Origin: an uncultured bacterium
GTDB lineage: Bacteria > Zixibacteria > MSB-5A5 > UBA10806 > 4484-95
DNA: 64,000 nt
Assembly (NCBI GenBank): GCA_965603725.1
Contig: CBFDEC010000003.1
Location: 37,515-101,514 of the forward strand
Reading direction: 5' to 3'
The notes below the pieces were generated by a model, which was not told the DNA's origin, did not search any database, and saw only the letters and a program-made list of their open reading frames with translations. Below, piece by piece: positions 52,008 to 64,000 of this stretch (within the stretch, counting starts at the first letter, position 1; each line of letters opens with the position of its first letter). The position numbers and the translations under genes are program-made.

Positions 52008-53944
52008 GTTTCGATAAAATGAATAGAGACGGACCCGAAAGAAATAATAAAAAACCGGAAAAAACTCCCGGCGGCGGTCCGGAGTTTAAATGGCAAAAAA
52101 GCATCCGGACGTTATTTTTCTGGGCTGTTATTTTTATGGCAGGATTGGTGTTCTACCAGGTTCTTGTAGGCGGAAGTCGAGATACCGTTGAGATAACCTA
52201 TACTGAGTTCATCGAAGAGGTAAAGAGAGGAAATATCACCAGAGTTATTTTTGTTGAAAAAGAAGTGAAAGGTGAGTTCGAAGAAGAGTATTCCAAGGTG
52301 GTGAATGGCCGGGATGTTATCGGAAGGAAATTTAAATCACGAGTGCCGTTTGAGGATCCTGGACTTGTAGAAATTCTGGAAGAAAATCACGTAGCGATCG
52401 AGGCGGAAACCTCCCAGCATTGGGGCGGGCTTTTGATTACAGCGTTGCCCTGGCTGATCCTTGTTTTCTGGATGATGTTTATGCTTCGCCAGATGCAGGG
52501 AGGCGGTCCCAAGGGTCTGTTCTCGTTTGGTAAATCGCGGGCTAAACTGCTTACCGGGCAACGGACCAAAGTTACATTTAAAGATGTTGCCGGGGCTGAA
52601 GAGGCAAAGCAGGAGTTGCAGGAGATAATTGAGTTTTTAAAGGAACCGGCCAAGTTTCAGAAGCTTGGGGGAAAGATTCCTAAGGGCGCTCTGCTGCTGG
52701 GGGCTCCTGGTTCAGGCAAAACTCTGCTTGCCCGGGCAATTGCCGGTGAGGCGGAAGTGCCGTTTTTCTCGATGTCCGGTTCCGATTTTGTAGAAATGTT
52801 TGTTGGAGTAGGCGCTTCACGCGTTCGTGACCTGTTTGATCAGGGCAAGAAAAATGCACCATGTATTATTTTCATCGATGAGATTGACGCCGTTGGCCGC
52901 CATCGCGGTGCTGGTATTGGGGGAGGCCATGATGAACGCGAACAGACATTAAATCAGTTGCTGGTAGAAATGGACGGCTTCGAATCCAATGAGGGCGTCA
53001 TCCTGCTGGCAGCTACTAACCGTCCCGATGTTTTAGATCCAGCGCTTCTACGGCCCGGGCGTTTCGATAGACAGATTGTGGTCGACCAGCCGGATGTTAA
53101 AGGCCGTGAGGGTATCTTAAAAGTCCATGTTCGCAAAATAAATATAAGCGATGAGGTCGATTTGAAGGTTTTGGCCAGAGGCACGCCGGGATTGTCAGGA
53201 GCCGATCTGGCAAATCTTGTTAATGAAGCGGCTTTGCTGGCGGCCAGAAAAGACCATGATAAAGTAATTATGGAAGATTTCGAAGAGGCTAAAGACAAGG
53301 TGATGATGGGGACGGAACGGCGCTCGCTGGTAATCTCACCGGAGGAGAAAAAAATCACCGCTTTCCATGAGGCCGGCCATGCTCTGGTCGGGAAGCTGAT
53401 CCCCGGCTCTGATCCAATACATAAAGTGACTATCATTCCCAGGGGCATGTCTCTGGGTGTAACCCACTATCTGCCGATAGATGAAAAGCACAATCTTTCT
53501 AAAGAGTATCTGAAGATTAAACTGGTGCATCTCCTCGGCGGCCGGGTTGCCGAAGAGTTAGTATTCGACCAAATGACAACCGGAGCCGGAAACGATCTCG
53601 AGCAGGCAACTGCTCTTGCCAGAAAAATGGTATGCAACTGGGGCATGTCCGAAAAAATCGGACCGTTGACTTTTGGTAAAAAGGATGAGCATATATTCCT
53701 CGGCAAGGAGATGGCAAAACCGCGGGATTACTCAGAACAGACCGCAGTGGATATTGATAATGAAGTAAAGAAAATTGTTGTCGAGGCTCAGGAAAGAGCC
53801 AGGGAACTTCTTTCAAAAAACACCGATAAGCTGCATATTCTTGCCGAAGCTTTGCTTGAACAGGAAATTCTTACCGGTGAGCAAATTGATGAGATTTTAA
53901 AAGGGACAGATGAAACCGAATCAGTTGCCAAAGAAAAAGATTGA
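52004..53944 (+). CDS. ftsH: ATP-dependent zinc metalloprotease FtsH
   Basis: Two N-terminal TMs are followed by an AAA module ([27 protein letters not shown]) and the zinc motif HEAGHAL. Confidence 0.95.
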   Translation: MSFDKMNRDGPERNNKKPEKTPGGGPEFKWQKSIRTLFFWAVIFMAGLVFYQVLVGGSRDTVEITYTEFIEEVKRGNITRVIFVEKEVKGEFEEEYSKVVNGRDVIGRKFKSRVPFEDPGLVEILEENHVAIEAETSQHWGGLLITALPWLILVFWMMFMLRQMQGGGPKGLFSFGKSRAKLLTGQRTKVTFKDVAGAEEAKQELQEIIEFLKEPAKFQKLGGKIPKGALLLGAPGSGKTLLARAIAGEAEVPFFSMSGSDFVEMFVGVGASRVRDLFDQGKKNAPCIIFIDEIDAVGRHRGAGIGGGHDEREQTLNQLLVEMDGFESNEGVILLAATNRPDVLDPALLRPGRFDRQIVVDQPDVKGREGILKVHVRKINISDEVDLKVLARGTPGLSGADLANLVNEAALLAARKDHDKVIMEDFEEAKDKVMMGTERRSLVISPEEKKITAFHEAGHALVGKLIPGSDPIHKVTIIPRGMSLGVTHYLPIDEKHNLSKEYLKIKLVHLLGGRVAEELVFDQMTTGAGNDLEQATALARKMVCNWGMSEKIGPLTFGKKDEHIFLGKEMAKPRDYSEQTAVDIDNEVKKIVVEAQERARELLSKNTDKLHILAEALLEQEILTGEQIDEILKGTDETESVAKEKD

Positions 53945-54497
53945 TAAAGATGCGATAAACAGGGGCTTCGAGTTAATACTCGATGGTTTAGGCTTAAGCT
54001 CCAAATCCGAGGGATTAAAAGAAACCGCTCGACGTGTGGCCGATTTTTATGAACAATTTTTTACCGGGCTAAATCGCAATCCACGAGAAAAACTTAAACT
54101 ATATCGTGCCGAGAACCGTGATGAGATGATTATCGCCAGGGATATTCATTTCTTCTCGATGTGTGAACACCATTTTTTGCCGTTTTTTGGATTTGTCCAT
54201 ATTGCCTATATTCCGGAGAACAACACAATTACCGGTTTCTCTCGTCTGGTGGAGGTTGTCGATGTAATTTCCCGGCGACCGCAGATTCAGGAGCGAATGA
54301 CCACCGAAATAGCCGAGGTTATCATGGATGTTCTGCATCCCAAGGGCGTCCTGGTGATTGTCGAGGCAGAACAGCTATGTTTAACTATGAGAGGTTTTGG
54401 CCAACCCGGCGTCAAAACAATCAGTTCGGCGGTCAGGGGAGCCTTGCGAAAAGATGCAACCCGTGAGGAAGCGCTTATTTTAATAAAGTCTAAGTAA
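53910..54497 (+). CDS. folE: GTP cyclohydrolase I
   Basis: [10 protein letters not shown], the RPQIQERMT motif and the overall length fit. The start overlaps the ftsH 3' end, so its exact position is uncertain. Confidence 0.9.
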   Translation: MKPNQLPKKKIDKDAINRGFELILDGLGLSSKSEGLKETARRVADFYEQFFTGLNRNPREKLKLYRAENRDEMIIARDIHFFSMCEHHFLPFFGFVHIAYIPENNTITGFSRLVEVVDVISRRPQIQERMTTEIAEVIMDVLHPKGVLVIVEAEQLCLTMRGFGQPGVKTISSAVRGALRKDATREEALILIKSK

Positions 54498-54502
54498 TTC
54501 CT

Positions 54503-55378
54503 ATGAAAGAAGTACAAAATCATTTTATCAACCTGCCTGATGGTAGTCTAGTTGCCAGAAGGAAATTGGTTATAGGGAAAAAGCCGCTGGTTATGGGCAT
54601 ATTAAACGTTACGCCCGATTCTTTTTCCGATGGCGGCAGGTTTTATGATATTGATAAAGCCGTACAGCATGCACTATTGATGGCCAGTCATGGTGCGGAT
54701 ATTATCGATATAGGAGGGGAATCGACCAGACCCGGAGCGAAAAAACTTAAAGTATCCGAGGAATTAGACAGGGTTATGCCTGTTCTGGAAAGATTGAAAG
54801 GCAAACTTAATATCCCCATTTCTATTGACACCAGAAATTCTGAAGTGGCAAGAAAAGCCTGTGAGACTGGAGCCGCGGTGATTAACGATGTATCAAGCCT
54901 TAATAACGATGAAAAGATTGCCCGGACAGCTGAGGAATTCAATACCTATCTAATACTGATGCATATGCGCGGCTCGCCGGAAACAATGCAATCTGATATT
55001 CATTATGACGACCTGATTGGCCATATCTCAAGTGTTTTGCTCAAAGCGGTTGACAAAGCATTAAGTTATGGAGTATCAAAAGATAGAATAATACTTGATC
55101 CGGGAATCGGGTTTGGGAAAACAGTTGAAAATAATTTCAGTATTTTGAAAAATATTCCCGCATTTAAAAAGCTTGGCTTTCCGGTACAAATCGGAGCTTC
55201 TCGCAAATCTTTCATTGGCAAAACCTTTAATCTGCCGGTTGAGGAACGGCTCGAGGGTTCATTAGCGGCCGCTATGTACGCGGTTTTACACGGTGTGGAT
55301 ATAGTGCGTGTTCATGATGTTTTGCCAACTGTCAGGGTTTTGAAAATGATCGAAAAAATTAGCGAGGCCGATACATGA
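54503..55378 (+). CDS. folP: dihydropteroate synthase
   Basis: GILNVTPDSFSDGG, DIGGESTRPG and the GASRKSFIG motif are present. Confidence 0.9.
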   Translation: MKEVQNHFINLPDGSLVARRKLVIGKKPLVMGILNVTPDSFSDGGRFYDIDKAVQHALLMASHGADIIDIGGESTRPGAKKLKVSEELDRVMPVLERLKGKLNIPISIDTRNSEVARKACETGAAVINDVSSLNNDEKIARTAEEFNTYLILMHMRGSPETMQSDIHYDDLIGHISSVLLKAVDKALSYGVSKDRIILDPGIGFGKTVENNFSILKNIPAFKKLGFPVQIGASRKSFIGKTFNLPVEERLEGSLAAAMYAVLHGVDIVRVHDVLPTVRVLKMIEKISEADT

Positions 55379-56139
55379 CAATATTCCATATCGGCTTTCT
55401 GAAATTTACTTTCGTAGACCTGGTAGACGTTCTCCTGGTGGGTTACTTTTTTTACCGCTTTTTATTGTTGTTAAGGGGCGCCCGCTCGATCCAGCTTTTG
55501 ATCAGCCTTGTCTTTTTCTTTGCCATTGGGTTAATAGCTTTCTGGCTAAATCTGTCAATGGTGAAATGGTTCATCTCCAATATTGCCGCAGTGGGCATTA
55601 TTATCATTGTCGTGATACTTCAACCCGAGCTCCGACGAGCTTTCGCCAGGTTGGGACAGAGCCGTATCTTAAGAATGCTTTTAAGAAATGAATCCAGAAG
55701 CGCTGTGGAAGAAATTCACATGGCTTTAGAGAAGCTTTCTGATATGCACTATGGAGCGCTGATAGTGCTGGAAAATAATACCAGGCTTCCCAATGTCATA
55801 GAGAGCGGCAAGATGTTAAACGCTACTATTTCGAAAGAGATTCTTCAAAGTATCTTCACTCCCTATACGCCGCTTCACGATGGGGCTGTAGTTATTAAAG
55901 GGGATCAGGTTATAGCCGCCAGCTGTACGCTGCCTCTTTCCCAGAACCCGTCATACCATCGTCTTCACGGCATGAGGCATAAGGCGGCTGTGGGGGTTAC
56001 CGAGGAAACCGACGCTTTTGCCATAATTGTCAGCGAAGAAACCGGCCAGATCTCCTACGCCCATGAGGGCAAGCTTTTCCGCGATGTCCGCCCTCAAGAA
56101 CTAAGAACAAAACTAAAAGAACTGTTTGTCAGCCAATAA
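55375..56139 (+). CDS. cdaA: diadenylate cyclase CdaA (membrane-anchored DAC domain)
   Basis: Three N-terminal TMs are followed by DAC motifs (HDGAVVI, GMRHKAAVGVTEETDAFAIIVSEETG). Confidence 0.85.
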   Translation: MTIFHIGFLKFTFVDLVDVLLVGYFFYRFLLLLRGARSIQLLISLVFFFAIGLIAFWLNLSMVKWFISNIAAVGIIIIVVILQPELRRAFARLGQSRILRMLLRNESRSAVEEIHMALEKLSDMHYGALIVLENNTRLPNVIESGKMLNATISKEILQSIFTPYTPLHDGAVVIKGDQVIAASCTLPLSQNPSYHRLHGMRHKAAVGVTEETDAFAIIVSEETGQISYAHEGKLFRDVRPQELRTKLKELFVSQ

Positions 56140-58222
<2,083 letters not shown>

Positions 58223-58225
58223 TTA

Positions 58226-58492
58226 ATGGTGACACAGGAGGTTGCCATCGTAAATAAACTGGGCTTGCATGCCCGTCCGGCAGCTTTATTGGTTAAAACC
58301 GCCGGTAAATTTTCCTCAGATATTATTTTCAGAAAAGGAAATCTCGAGGTAAACGGTAAGAGTATAATGGGTGTGATGATGCTGGCTGCTGAACAGGGCG
58401 CTAAGATAATAATAAGAGTCGAAGGAAGCGATGAGAAACAGGCTTTGAAGGCTATCGTAGAAATTTTTGAAACTAAATTTAGTGAAGAGTAA
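58226..58492 (+). CDS. ptsH: phosphocarrier protein HPr
   Basis: The 88-aa protein has the active-site region NKLGLHARPAALLV and the GKSIMGVMMLA serine region. Confidence 0.9.
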   Translation: MVTQEVAIVNKLGLHARPAALLVKTAGKFSSDIIFRKGNLEVNGKSIMGVMMLAAEQGAKIIIRVEGSDEKQALKAIVEIFETKFSEE

Positions 58493-60285
58493 TGGCGTTA
58501 AATAAAATGGCATGGATGTTAGAAGGCGTAGCGGCATCACCGGGTATTGTAATCGGTAAGGCCGTTGTCCTAAAGAAAGCAAAAGTTGATGTCAAACCGA
58601 CTGCTATTGGCTCTTCTAAAGTTAGAAAAGAAATATCTGATTTTAAAAAAGCAATAGCTATGGTAAAAAAGGACCTGCAAAAATTAGCTATCACAGTCGG
58701 TCAAAGGCTTGATCCTGAGTATTCCCGTATTTTTGAAGCTCAGATGATGATAGCCGACGACCAGGTTATCAACGCCAGAGTTGTCAAATTGGTTAAAGAA
58801 AAGAAGCTGTCGGCGGCATATCTTTATCATCAGCAGGTCGACGAAGTAATAGAGCAATTATCCAATTCAAAGGACCCCTATTTAAGAGAACGAACGCTGG
58901 ATATTGATTCAGTATGCACCAAGTTCCTCAATGTTTTGCAGGGAGTTAAAAAAGCTGTCGTTAAAGACGTTGAAGGCCCTACCATTGTTATCGCCTCAAA
59001 CCTTTCTCCCGGTGATCTGCTGGGTTTTTCTGTTCGGAAAAAAGTAGGTTTCGCCATGGAAATCGGGGGGGTCACCTCACATACCTCCCTGCTGGCCAAA
59101 TCTTTGAACCTTCCCGCAGTTGTCGGACTTGGTCCAGGCGTGGGAAAAGTCGATACCGGCGACAGGATTATCCTTGATGGTTTTACAGGCAAGCTTTATG
59201 TAAATCCTGATCAAAGCATTCTAAAAGATTACCATAGGAGACAAAGATATTTAACCGGCTTAAACCTGCAATTGTCAAAATTGAAATCCAAACCGGCAAG
59301 AACAAGAGACGGATACCAGGTTAAGATTATGGGTAATATCGAACTTCCCACCGAAACTGCAAGAGTTATAAAATCCGGAGCCGAAGGCATTGGGTTATAT
59401 CGCACTGAGTACCTTTTCTTAACAGACAGCGCATATCCAGGTATCGATAAACAGTTTCGTGTTTATAAATCAATTCTCAAAAAAATGGGTGATGAGCCGG
59501 TTAAGATTAGAACTTTTGACATGGGCGGAGATAAGTTCATCAGCAGAGCCTCGCGGTCTGTTGACCCCAATCCCTTTTTGGGCTGGCGGGCTATTAGATT
59601 TTGTCTTGACAATCCTGAAATATTCAAGATACAGCTTAAGGCGTTATTAAAAGCGTCAGTGCACGGCAGCCTTGAAATAATGCTGCCCATGATTTCCAAT
59701 CTTGACGAGCTTTTAGAGACAAAGAGATTGATTAAAGAATGCAGAAATGAATTAGCCGCTGAAAATGTTATAATTAAAGACAACATTCCGCTGGGGATAA
59801 TGATCGAGGTGCCGTCGGCGGTTTTATTAGCCGAACATCTTGCCGCCGAGGTCGATTTCTTTTCGATTGGAACGAATGATCTGATCCAGTATGTAATGGC
59901 GGTCGACCGGTCAAACGAACAACTGGCACACTTATATCAAAGCCTTAATCCGGCGGTGCTCATGATGATTAAGCAGACGATTGTTGCCGGTCATAATCAT
60001 GGTATTAAGGTGGGAATATGCGGCGAGTTTGCCGCCGATCCCTACGGAGTGATTTTGCTGATCGGACTTGGAGTTGATGAATTTTCAGTAAATTACCAGT
60101 CCACCGGACTGGTTAAACAGATCGTTTGCAATATCGATAGAAAACATGCTTCCGAGACAGCCGAGCATGCCTGCCGGCTGCAAACGGCTTCACAAGTTAA
60201 AAATTATCTTAGAAGCCAGGTAAAATCTCATTTTCCTGAATTATTGCCCTTAATTGAATTTATCAAAGGAGTCGCTAATGATTGA
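58492..60285 (+). CDS. ptsI: phosphoenolpyruvate-protein phosphotransferase (Enzyme I)
   Basis: The phospho-His region GGVTSHTSLLAKSL and the PEP-utilising domain (GLYRTEYLF, FFSIGTNDLIQY) are present. Confidence 0.9.
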   Translation: MALNKMAWMLEGVAASPGIVIGKAVVLKKAKVDVKPTAIGSSKVRKEISDFKKAIAMVKKDLQKLAITVGQRLDPEYSRIFEAQMMIADDQVINARVVKLVKEKKLSAAYLYHQQVDEVIEQLSNSKDPYLRERTLDIDSVCTKFLNVLQGVKKAVVKDVEGPTIVIASNLSPGDLLGFSVRKKVGFAMEIGGVTSHTSLLAKSLNLPAVVGLGPGVGKVDTGDRIILDGFTGKLYVNPDQSILKDYHRRQRYLTGLNLQLSKLKSKPARTRDGYQVKIMGNIELPTETARVIKSGAEGIGLYRTEYLFLTDSAYPGIDKQFRVYKSILKKMGDEPVKIRTFDMGGDKFISRASRSVDPNPFLGWRAIRFCLDNPEIFKIQLKALLKASVHGSLEIMLPMISNLDELLETKRLIKECRNELAAENVIIKDNIPLGIMIEVPSAVLLAEHLAAEVDFFSIGTNDLIQYVMAVDRSNEQLAHLYQSLNPAVLMMIKQTIVAGHNHGIKVGICGEFAADPYGVILLIGLGVDEFSVNYQSTGLVKQIVCNIDRKHASETAEHACRLQTASQVKNYLRSQVKSHFPELLPLIEFIKGVAND

Positions 60286-61342
60286 TATCTCAATGAAAAA
60301 TATCGACCGTAACAATATGTATGAAAGTATAATCAATTTTCACCAACAGCTTGTTGACGGAGTAATAATAGGTAAAGAGGCTTTTTTGGGAGAACTGGCT
60401 CTGGCTGAATTCGAAAGTGTTATCTTAGCCGGCATGGGTGGTTCGGCAATTGCCGGCGATTTGCTCCAGAGTGTTTTATTAGACGAACTGAAAACACCAT
60501 TTAGCGTTCATAGAAACTACGGGCTTCCTAATCGTGCAGGTAAAGGTTCTCTAGTTATTTGTTCAAGCTATTCCGGCAACACCGAGGAAACATTGTCGGC
60601 ATTTCAAACAGCCCTTGAAAGGGGCTGCCATATTTTATGTATTTCGACCGGCGGCAAGCTTTCAGACCTGGCCGAACAAAATAATATCCCATGGTTGAAA
60701 ATTCCTGCTGGCAGCATGATGCCCCGTGAGGCGCTGGGTTTGTCATTTGCCCCGCTCCTGGTTGTTTCCGGCAGGTTAGGATTGTGCAGCGACTATTCCT
60801 CTAAGGTAAGTAAATGCGCCGATCTGCTCAAAGAGCGGCAAAGGCAGTATCAATTTGACTCAAAAAAGAACATCGCTATGGACCTGGCAGAAAAACTGGC
60901 CGGGAAAATCGTTGTAATCTATTCTGGTCCCGACCGGTTTGATTCGGTGGCTTTGAGGTTTAAGGGGCAAATCTGCGAAAATGCAAAACAGCTGGCATTC
61001 TGCAATGTGTTTCCTGAATTTAACCATAACGAACTGGTCGGCTGGGAACTGTCGGCATTTTTTACCGATAAATTTATTATTCTAATTCTACGCGATAAAG
61101 ATGATCATCCTCAGATAATCCGACGCATCGAGGCGGTCAACGAGATATTTTTTGAAAAAAAGGTTGAGGTAATTGAATTGTTCTCAGAAGGGGATAGTGT
61201 TCTGGCCCGGATTTTTTCATTAATACAAATCGCTGATTTTACATCATATTATATGGCGTTGAAGAATAAGATTGACCCTACACCCGTCAGTCTAATAGAT
61301 TACCTGAAGAAAAGTATAGCCAGTAAAAAGGAGAGCCAGTGA
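60278..61342 (+). CDS. bifunctional phosphoglucose/phosphomannose isomerase (SIS domains)
   Basis: AAGGAG lies 6 nt before the ATG at 60278. The SIS motifs GMGGSAIAGD and SYSGNTEETL are present, and the C-terminal half is typical of the archaeal/bacterial PGI/PMI family. Confidence 0.75.
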   Translation: MIDISMKNIDRNNMYESIINFHQQLVDGVIIGKEAFLGELALAEFESVILAGMGGSAIAGDLLQSVLLDELKTPFSVHRNYGLPNRAGKGSLVICSSYSGNTEETLSAFQTALERGCHILCISTGGKLSDLAEQNNIPWLKIPAGSMMPREALGLSFAPLLVVSGRLGLCSDYSSKVSKCADLLKERQRQYQFDSKKNIAMDLAEKLAGKIVVIYSGPDRFDSVALRFKGQICENAKQLAFCNVFPEFNHNELVGWELSAFFTDKFIILILRDKDDHPQIIRRIEAVNEIFFEKKVEVIELFSEGDSVLARIFSLIQIADFTSYYMALKNKIDPTPVSLIDYLKKSIASKKESQ

Positions 61343-62310
61343 AAGCGATAATTCCGGCTGCCGGCATTGGTACCCGCCTTAAGCCTCATACACATACAGC
61401 CCCCAAAGCTCTTCTTCATGTGGCCGGCAAACCGATCCTGGGGCATATTATAGATGAACTGATTGCCTATGATATAAGGGATATAGTTTTCATAGTTGGC
61501 TTTTTAGGCGAAAAGATTATCGAATATGTCGAGAAAAATTATAATATCAAAGCCAGCTTTATCGAGCAAAAAGAGCTTAACGGCCTGGGCTGGGCAATTC
61601 ATCTGGCGAAAGATCATTTAACCGATGAACCTGTATTAATTGTACTGGGCGATACTATAATCGATCTCGATCTCGAGGAGGTTATTAACAGTGATTATAA
61701 CGCCATCGGCACAAGGATCGTTGATGATCCCCGGCGTTTTGGTATAGCTGAGGTTGAAAATGGTTTCGTTACCCGTCTTGTTGAAAAGCCGGAATCATCT
61801 GCCTCCAATTTAGCCCTTGTGGGAGTCTATCTTATAAAGTCTACTGATATTTTTAAAGAATGTCTTGATGAGCTTATAGATAAAAACATTACAACCAGGG
61901 GCGAATATCAATTAACCGATGCTCTTAGCCTGATGTTAGAACGTAAAAGTAAGATTACTGCCTTTAATGTCGATGGCTGGTATGATTGCGGGAAGAAAGA
62001 GACTCTTCTTGAAACCAATAAGTACCTTCTGTCACAAATAAAGACTGTTAATGATTATCCTGATGTTATTGTAATTCCTCCGGTGTATATATCTCCCTCA
62101 GCCAGAATTATAAATTCAATTATTGGACCTTATGTGAGCGTAGCCGATGACGCTTTTATTGAATCGAGCATTATCAAAGATTCGATAATCTCATCGTCGG
62201 CCGAAGTCAGGCATTGCCTTCTGGAATCGTCGTTAGTCGGCAATAATTCCTGCTATATTGGCCATTATCATAAACTGAATCTGGGCGATAGTTCCGAGAT
62301 AGAAAACTGA
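61339..62310 (+). CDS. sugar-1-phosphate nucleotidyltransferase with a C-terminal left-handed beta-helix
   Basis: The N-terminal AIIPAAGIGTRLKP signature and the GLGWAIH and VLGDTI motifs are present. The C-terminal isoleucine-rich hexapeptide-like repeats fit a beta-helix. A GTGA overlap joins it to the upstream gene. Confidence 0.75.
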   Translation: MKAIIPAAGIGTRLKPHTHTAPKALLHVAGKPILGHIIDELIAYDIRDIVFIVGFLGEKIIEYVEKNYNIKASFIEQKELNGLGWAIHLAKDHLTDEPVLIVLGDTIIDLDLEEVINSDYNAIGTRIVDDPRRFGIAEVENGFVTRLVEKPESSASNLALVGVYLIKSTDIFKECLDELIDKNITTRGEYQLTDALSLMLERKSKITAFNVDGWYDCGKKETLLETNKYLLSQIKTVNDYPDVIVIPPVYISPSARIINSIIGPYVSVADDAFIESSIIKDSIISSSAEVRHCLLESSLVGNNSCYIGHYHKLNLGDSSEIEN

Positions 62311-62440
62311 TTTTAAAATCCGCCTATCCCGAATTATTCATAAAATCTATTTTATCATTAAAAATTAGCTTTTAATCCTTTGGCTAATAATATGATAGAA
62401 ATAATATCAGGAATCCATTAAAAATACAGAGTGTTTTTGT

Positions 62441-62465
62441 GCTGTCGGAAGTTACTTCCGACAGC
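62441..62465. promoter_or_regulatory. perfect 12-bp inverted repeat (GCTGTCGGAAGT-T-ACTTCCGACAGC) in the metK upstream region
   Basis: Read directly from the sequence. It lies 131 nt after the upstream stop and 219 nt before the metK ATG. No T-tract follows on either strand. Confidence 0.4.
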
Positions 62466-62683
62466 TCTGGCAAAAGAAGCACATGTTAAAATTTGTGAAT
62501 AATGCGGGCTATAATGTTTCATAAAATTGTTATCATCTAAATTTAAACTTGCAATATCAATATTTAGGCGCTACATTTGCGGGACGATAAATTAAGGCGC
62601 TGGTTTAATTATGCTTATCATTGGACCGTTGCTTTATAACTTATCTTTATATGGAAAGGTATGGAATTAAAACCGGAGGATAA

Positions 62684-64000
<1,317 letters not shown>

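Overview
This 64-kb window comes from a moderately AT-rich bacterium that looks like an uncultivated diderm. The evidence is LolCDE plus four secreted proteins with Por_Secre_tail-like T9SS C-terminal sorting domains, which points to an FCB-superphylum-like lineage. Most of the window is syntenic housekeeping DNA.

Core genes on the + strand: selA-selB with a translationally coupled amidohydrolase and nitroreductase; rnr; a sigma-54 activator; a dGTPase-like HD hydrolase; squalene synthase; holA; an ECF sigma/anti-sigma pair; pgsB-pgsC plus a PGA-system protein; pcm; and a PspC/LiaF-like pair. The window ends with tilS-hpt-ftsH-folE-folP-cdaA-obg-dprA-ptsH-ptsI, a PGI/PMI isomerase, a sugar nucleotidyltransferase, and metK-ahcY.

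Core genes on the - strand: class I fumarate hydratase alpha and beta subunits, rpmA, mcsA-mcsB-clpC, lolD-lolC/E and lysS.

I recognised no rRNA, tRNA (including selC), CRISPR array, integrase or transposase gene.

Accessory and unusual content:
1. An AT-rich two-gene island (4.86-6.96 kb) holds a permuted SPPY DNA methyltransferase and a small HTH/nuclease-like ORF that carries an in-frame TAA.
2. An operon of uncharacterised surface proteins follows the sigma-54 activator. Its first gene is one reading frame split by a single in-frame TGA, in a genome that encodes SelA and SelB.
3. An S8 protease is split by a -1 frame change exactly at a U UUU UUU run.
4. There are two tandem segmental duplications. 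A 183-bp unit copies the 3' end of the fumarate hydratase beta gene with only synonymous differences. A 1.2-kb unit created two mosaic beta-propeller paralogs.
5. A 313-bp MITE-like element has 10-bp target-site duplications.
6. A family of GC-rich hairpins with GAAA-type loops is scattered through intergenic DNA.
7. An 18-nt motif sits 10-12 nt upstream of identical TTGACT -35 boxes at two unrelated promoters.
8. A small histone-H1-like protein is fused to a CxxCxGxG zinc-finger region.

No cluster can be shown from sequence alone to be a new biological system. The best candidates are ranked in the findings. All calls rest on reading the translated ORFs and the nucleotide sequence by eye; no searches were run.
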